Below are positions 56,059-59,959 of a stretch of DNA of 59,959 nucleotides, in pieces. A program made the translations under genes and the position numbers. The notes beneath the pieces are model-generated. The model was given only the letters and a program-made list of their open reading frames with translations, was not told the origin of the DNA and made no database searches. The stretch is taken from positions 1-59,959 of the forward strand of contig JBAYGD010000016.1 of the NCBI GenBank assembly GCA_041666865.1. The letters run 5' to 3'. The stretch's first letter is position 1. Every line of letters starts with the position of its first letter. Source of the stretch: Candidatus Omnitrophota bacterium. GTDB taxonomy: Bacteria > Omnitrophota > Omnitrophia > Omnitrophales > Aquincolibacteriaceae.

Positions 56059-58088
56059 AGATTGCTTTGCTTGAACTGAATCATATGACCCTCGGTGTTC
56101 ACACGAATACGGCACCGCTCGGGATCGGCGTCATTGCAAAGTACCTCCAGCTTCAGTTCGGGGCTTCCGTGGAGGTGCGATTGTTTAAGGATGCCCAAAA
56201 ATTCATGGAAGCCGCCCAGACCTGGACGCCGGATGTTTTGGGGCTCGGCCAGTATGCTTGGAACAGCGAGCTGAACCTCTTTATGGCGAGGCGGCTCAAA
56301 GAGCGAAATTCCTCCCTTGTGGTCGTTGCGGGAGGTCCTAATCTTGAATTGGGGAGCCTCCAAAGGGCCGACTACCTGAGAAAAAATCCGATCTTGGATA
56401 TTTGCGTGTGCTTCGACGGCGAAATCCCCATGGCGACGATCGTGCAAAGACTTCTGGCGGGGGAATCGATTCAATCGATTCGCAAAAAACCCTCGGCGGG
56501 AACGTATTCCCTCGACCCGGATTCGCTGAGGCTCCTCGAGTCCCCGGAACCTCCCCCCCGGCTTCCCTCGCTGGATTTATTAGGGCCGATGTATGCCGAA
56601 GGTTTTTTTGACGAATTTCTGGAGGATGGCTATCAGCCTTTTCTCCAGACGCAGCGGGGATGCCCCTTTCTTTGCGCTTATTGTCACAGCGGCAATCGTT
56701 ACCACAATAAAATTCTTTTTCAGTCGCCTTCCATCTTTCGACAGGACATGGAATATTTGGGCCGGCGCTTTCGCGGAAATCATAACGTCACCATCCACAT
56801 CGCCAACGCCAACTTCAGTCTGTTTAAGGAGGATTTTGAAATTGCCGATGTGATCCGTGAGATTCAGGAGGCCTACGATTGGCCGATCAGCATCTCGGTG
56901 AATTCCGGGAAAGATCCTAAGAAATTGATGAGCCTGGTCCATCGCCTCAAATTCAAATTTGTCCCCGCCATCGCACTCCAAACGCTGACGGCGAAGGTGC
57001 TCAAAAATATCGGCCGCATCAATATTCCTCTCGAGAGCTTTATCGATTTTCAAAAAGAAGTCGGACGGGTGATTGAATCCAACCCCGCCACGGAGCTGAT
57101 TTTGTCGCTCCCCGAAGAGACGAAGGCGAGTTTCATGGACACCGTCCGTCTGGTGCTCAACTCCGGAGTCCAGAATATCGTGATTTATACGCTGATGTCG
57201 CTGCGGGGGACCGAGCTGGATACTCCGGAGGCTGCCGAGAAATACGGTCATGTCTTTCGCTACCGAATTGTACCGCGTTGTTTTACCGAGGTAGGGGATG
57301 AAAAGATTTTTGAGATCGAAAAGGTCATCGTTGGGACGCACAGCATGCCCTATGAGGACTATTTAGAGCTGCGCGGATTAGCGCTGATCATTGCCGTTTT
57401 TGCGAGCTCCATCGAACTTATGCCGCTTCGGAGGCTTTTGCTGACCTACGGCTTGGATTTGGCCGAGTGGATAAACGATATCCACAAAACCATTCTGGGA
57501 CATCCGGTATTGTCTCCAATCTATCGGCAATTCATTTTTGATACGGAACACGAAGTTTATGAGACCCCCGAGGCCATCCGGACTTTTTTTGGCAGGGCCG
57601 AAAATTTCGAAGCACTCAAAGAGGGGAAGTTCGGTGATAATCTGATGCGCCGATACAAAACGATCTTACTTTCGGGCTATTTTAAGGATTGCCTGGACAT
57701 CGCCTATGAAGAAAGTGTGGCGATGGCAAAAACGAATCGGCTGGACCTGCCGTTGGAATTACTGGAGGATATTAGAGTTTTTATGAAGAGCAGGAACATC
57801 GGGGATGTTTTTAGAACCGGTTACCCCGTGGGCCAGCCGACTCCGATCGTACTCACTTATGATATCCCGCGATGGCTTGCGAATGCCGGCGAATTGGAGA
57901 ATCTCGAAAACTATCGCGGCCGGTTTGTCTATACTCTGGAAGTCACCGATTATATTCGGAAGCGGCTGCATGATTTTCAGTTGACCAATCGAAACCCTCT
58001 TCTTTCCCTTCAAATCCTATACCGTGACGGTTCGATTAGGGATTTTTGGCCCATTTGGGTTCCTGTTACGCAAGTGTCTTCCAAATAA
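56055..58088 (+). CDS. B12-binding-like domain radical SAM protein no. 2 with a large C-terminal extension
   Basis: N-terminal MKIALLELN...PLGIGVIAKYL and the cluster QRGCPFLCAYCHS. It has an ATGA overlap upstream. Confidence 0.8.
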   Translation: MKIALLELNHMTLGVHTNTAPLGIGVIAKYLQLQFGASVEVRLFKDAQKFMEAAQTWTPDVLGLGQYAWNSELNLFMARRLKERNSSLVVVAGGPNLELGSLQRADYLRKNPILDICVCFDGEIPMATIVQRLLAGESIQSIRKKPSAGTYSLDPDSLRLLESPEPPPRLPSLDLLGPMYAEGFFDEFLEDGYQPFLQTQRGCPFLCAYCHSGNRYHNKILFQSPSIFRQDMEYLGRRFRGNHNVTIHIANANFSLFKEDFEIADVIREIQEAYDWPISISVNSGKDPKKLMSLVHRLKFKFVPAIALQTLTAKVLKNIGRINIPLESFIDFQKEVGRVIESNPATELILSLPEETKASFMDTVRLVLNSGVQNIVIYTLMSLRGTELDTPEAAEKYGHVFRYRIVPRCFTEVGDEKIFEIEKVIVGTHSMPYEDYLELRGLALIIAVFASSIELMPLRRLLLTYGLDLAEWINDIHKTILGHPVLSPIYRQFIFDTEHEVYETPEAIRTFFGRAENFEALKEGKFGDNLMRRYKTILLSGYFKDCLDIAYEESVAMAKTNRLDLPLELLEDIRVFMKSRNIGDVFRTGYPVGQPTPIVLTYDIPRWLANAGELENLENYRGRFVYTLEVTDYIRKRLHDFQLTNRNPLLSLQILYRDGSIRDFWPIWVPVTQVSSK

Positions 58089-58158
58089 AGAGTTGACCAT
58101 TTTAGAGGCTTGCGCATGGTGGATGGCAATGAACACTCATGACTAGTTGTGAATAGTC

Positions 58159-58187
58159 TCGACTCTTTTATAAAAAAGTGATATACT
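58159..58187 (+). promoter_or_regulatory. candidate promoter: TCGACT, 17-nt spacer, extended -10 TGaTATACT
   Basis: Lies in the AT-rich spacer. GGTGGAG Shine-Dalgarno at 58205-58211 precedes the ATG at 58216. Confidence 0.3.
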
Positions 58188-58215
58188 CCCGCCATTAAAT
58201 TACAGGTGGAGCCCC

Positions 58216-58458
58216 ATGTCCTTCATTGAAGCAAACGAAGTGTATACCCCAAAAGAATCCCAGAAGCTTCTGAAAATCAGTCAGAGTACCATGACCCGCA
58301 TGATCAAAAACGGGCTTATCCGGGCGGCGAAAGTCGGGAAACAATACCGGATCATGGGCAAGGAGCTCTTACGTGTTTTGTCCCCTCAACTTGAGGATCA
58401 GGTTGGGATTGCTTACAATAAGGCCCGCCACTGGATTCATGAAGAACCGCAGGGATGA
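58216..58458 (+). CDS. small excisionase-family helix-turn-helix DNA-binding protein
   Basis: YTPKESQKLLKISQSTMTRMIKNGLIRAAKVGKQYRI matches the HTH_17/excisionase pattern. Confidence 0.6.
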   Translation: MSFIEANEVYTPKESQKLLKISQSTMTRMIKNGLIRAAKVGKQYRIMGKELLRVLSPQLEDQVGIAYNKARHWIHEEPQG

Positions 58459-58476
58459 CGGTGAAGAGCTCTAGGG

Positions 58477-59661
58477 ATGTCATCATCCAAACGAAGGGAG
58501 GATTCGGTGAGTCGTCATCAAGCAGGCATGGATATTTTACGGCATAATCAGGATCTGCCCGCGGCCTATCAGCGCGAGTTGAACCAGGAATTTGACGCCG
58601 TGTATCAAGATCACAAAACTCAACCCAGAATTCTTATCCTGGGTGGCGCGGGGTACATCGGATCGGTCTTGACCGGGTATTTGCTTGATTGCGGCTATTG
58701 CGTTCGCTGTCTTGATCTGTTTCTTTACGGCCAAGAAGAGGTGACGAAGCCTTTTGAGAAATTTCCTTCTTTTGAATTGATCAAGGGTGATTTTACCGAC
58801 GAGAACACGCTCATCCGGGCGCTGGACTCCGTTACGGATGTGGTCATCCTCGCAGGTCTTGTGGGAGATCCCATCACCAAAAAATATCCCGAAGCCTCGC
58901 AGGCGATCAATGTGGACGGCATGATGCAGTTGATCCGGATCCTGAAACCTAGGGAACTCAACAAAATTATTTTTGTCTCGACGTGCTCGAATTACGGGTT
59001 GATCCCCGGCGATGCTCTGGCGGACGAGCAGTTCGAGCTCAAGCCGTTATCTCTTTATGCGAAGGCCAAAGTGGCCGTAGAACAAGAGCTGCTTGCCTTG
59101 AAAGGGAAGCTGTCTTTTTCGCCGACCGTTCTTCGATTTGCGACGGCCTTCGGCCTATCTCCCCGGATGCGGTTTGACCTGACGGTCAACGAGTTTACGC
59201 GGGAGGCTTTCCTCGCCCATGAGCTTTTGGTCTACGATGCCGAAACTTGGAGGCCTTATTGCCATGTCCGCGATTTGTCGCTTGTGATCCGGCGCGTGCT
59301 CGAAGCGCCGCGCGCGCGGGTCGCCTTTGAGGTGTTCAATGTCGGCGGCGAGGCCAATAACATGACCAAGCAGATGATTGTGGACGCCATCAAGCGCGAG
59401 GTCCCCGCACTGAAAGTCAAATGGAAAGAGCACGGCTCGGATCCCAGAAATTACAGGGTCGATTTCAAAAAAATCAAAGAACGGCTTTTTTTCGAGCCTC
59501 AATATCAAGTGTCCAGTGGCATTGCGGAGCTTTTGACGGCCTTTCGCCAGGGACAATTTTGCGATGTCGAGAGTCGCACAGCTTTCTACGGGAATTACAC
59601 GGTGGATTATCCGATCCTCCGCAAGGATTCGAAGGGAGCTTTGCCGGTATGCCGCAGCTGA
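58477..59661 (+). CDS. NAD-dependent epimerase/dehydratase (extended SDR)
   Basis: ILGGAGYIGSVL Rossmann motif, and STCSNYG with YAKAK (YxxxK). The ~50-aa N-terminal extension means the start may be the downstream Met at 58528. Confidence 0.83.
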   Translation: MSSSKRREDSVSRHQAGMDILRHNQDLPAAYQRELNQEFDAVYQDHKTQPRILILGGAGYIGSVLTGYLLDCGYCVRCLDLFLYGQEEVTKPFEKFPSFELIKGDFTDENTLIRALDSVTDVVILAGLVGDPITKKYPEASQAINVDGMMQLIRILKPRELNKIIFVSTCSNYGLIPGDALADEQFELKPLSLYAKAKVAVEQELLALKGKLSFSPTVLRFATAFGLSPRMRFDLTVNEFTREAFLAHELLVYDAETWRPYCHVRDLSLVIRRVLEAPRARVAFEVFNVGGEANNMTKQMIVDAIKREVPALKVKWKEHGSDPRNYRVDFKKIKERLFFEPQYQVSSGIAELLTAFRQGQFCDVESRTAFYGNYTVDYPILRKDSKGALPVCRS

Positions 59662-59959
59662 GATCCCAGCTGGATGTGGAGGCCGTCAGGCGCGCGATCC
59701 GCGGCTGCTTGCCTCAAGACAGAAAGGACTTTCAGCTCCACGAGCCTTGCTTGTGCGGGAACGAGTGGGATTATGTCAAAGAATGCCTGGACACGAATTG
59801 GGTTTCTTCGGTCGGAAAGTTTGTCGACAGGTTCGAGCAGGATCTTGCCCGTTACACGGGCGTCGCATCCGCCGTGGCGATGGTCAACGGCACGTCCGCT
59901 TTGCACATCGCGCTGAAGGTTTGCGGCGTGGAACCCCAGGACGAGGTCTTGGTGCCCGC
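59649..59959 (+). CDS. DegT/DnrJ/EryC1/StrS-family aminotransferase, N-terminal fragment (runs off the window)
   Basis: My own translation from the ATG at 59649 gives MPQLRSQLD...LHEPCLCGNEWDYVKECLDTNWVSSVGKFVDRFEQDLARYTG...NGTSALHIAL. It is absent from the ORF track because there is no stop before the window edge. Confidence 0.78.
   Translation, partial: MPQLRSQLDVEAVRRAIRGCLPQDRKDFQLHEPCLCGNEWDYVKECLDTNWVSSVGKFVDRFEQDLARYTGVASAVAMVNGTSALHIALKVCGVEPQDEVLVP

Overview
This is a GC-rich bacterial chromosomal window. Every CDS I can support, about 55 in all, lies on the + strand, and many neighbours are joined by ATGA, GTGA or TTGA start/stop overlaps. I saw no rRNA, tRNA, CRISPR array, transposase or integrase. 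The first half (1-30.9 kb) is mostly housekeeping: a FecR-domain protein and a CHASE2-GGDEF cyclase; the glycine cleavage operon gcvT-H-PA-PB followed by a short LplA-like ligase; a UvrD/PcrA helicase; a roughly 1450-aa secreted protein of unknown function; plsC; an EEP-family protein; M48 and MA-type peptidases; BatD/BatE; trpB/trpA; ruvX; an M16 peptidase; rpe; lepA; lepB; a GH1 glucosidase; and a SPOR protein. The second half (30.9 kb to the window end) is one long envelope-glycoconjugate locus. It holds five GT-C-type polytopic transferases including a YfhO, two polyprenyl-phosphate GT2 synthases, three radical SAM enzymes (two with B12-binding domains, one SPASM), and four SAM methyltransferases. 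It also holds a DMT transporter, an SGNH hydrolase, a NodB deacetylase and a divergent CDP-alcohol phosphotransferase. Its core is a phosphonate pathway: a PEP mutase with the EDKx5NS signature fused to a nucleotidyltransferase, phosphonopyruvate decarboxylase, a second nucleotidyltransferase, a NUDIX hydrolase and cmk. This locus is my best candidate for an undescribed system, a nucleotide-activated and possibly methylated phosphonate installed on a polyprenol-dependent periplasmic glycan. Other items worth a second look are a ~123-nt palindromic element present twice in opposite orientation with compensatory stem changes, a 219-nt multi-hairpin element upstream of the giant ORF, a Tat-like signal in the middle of that ORF, and a two-gene AT-rich islet inside the glycan locus. 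All functional calls rest on motifs read by eye, and no database search was possible.
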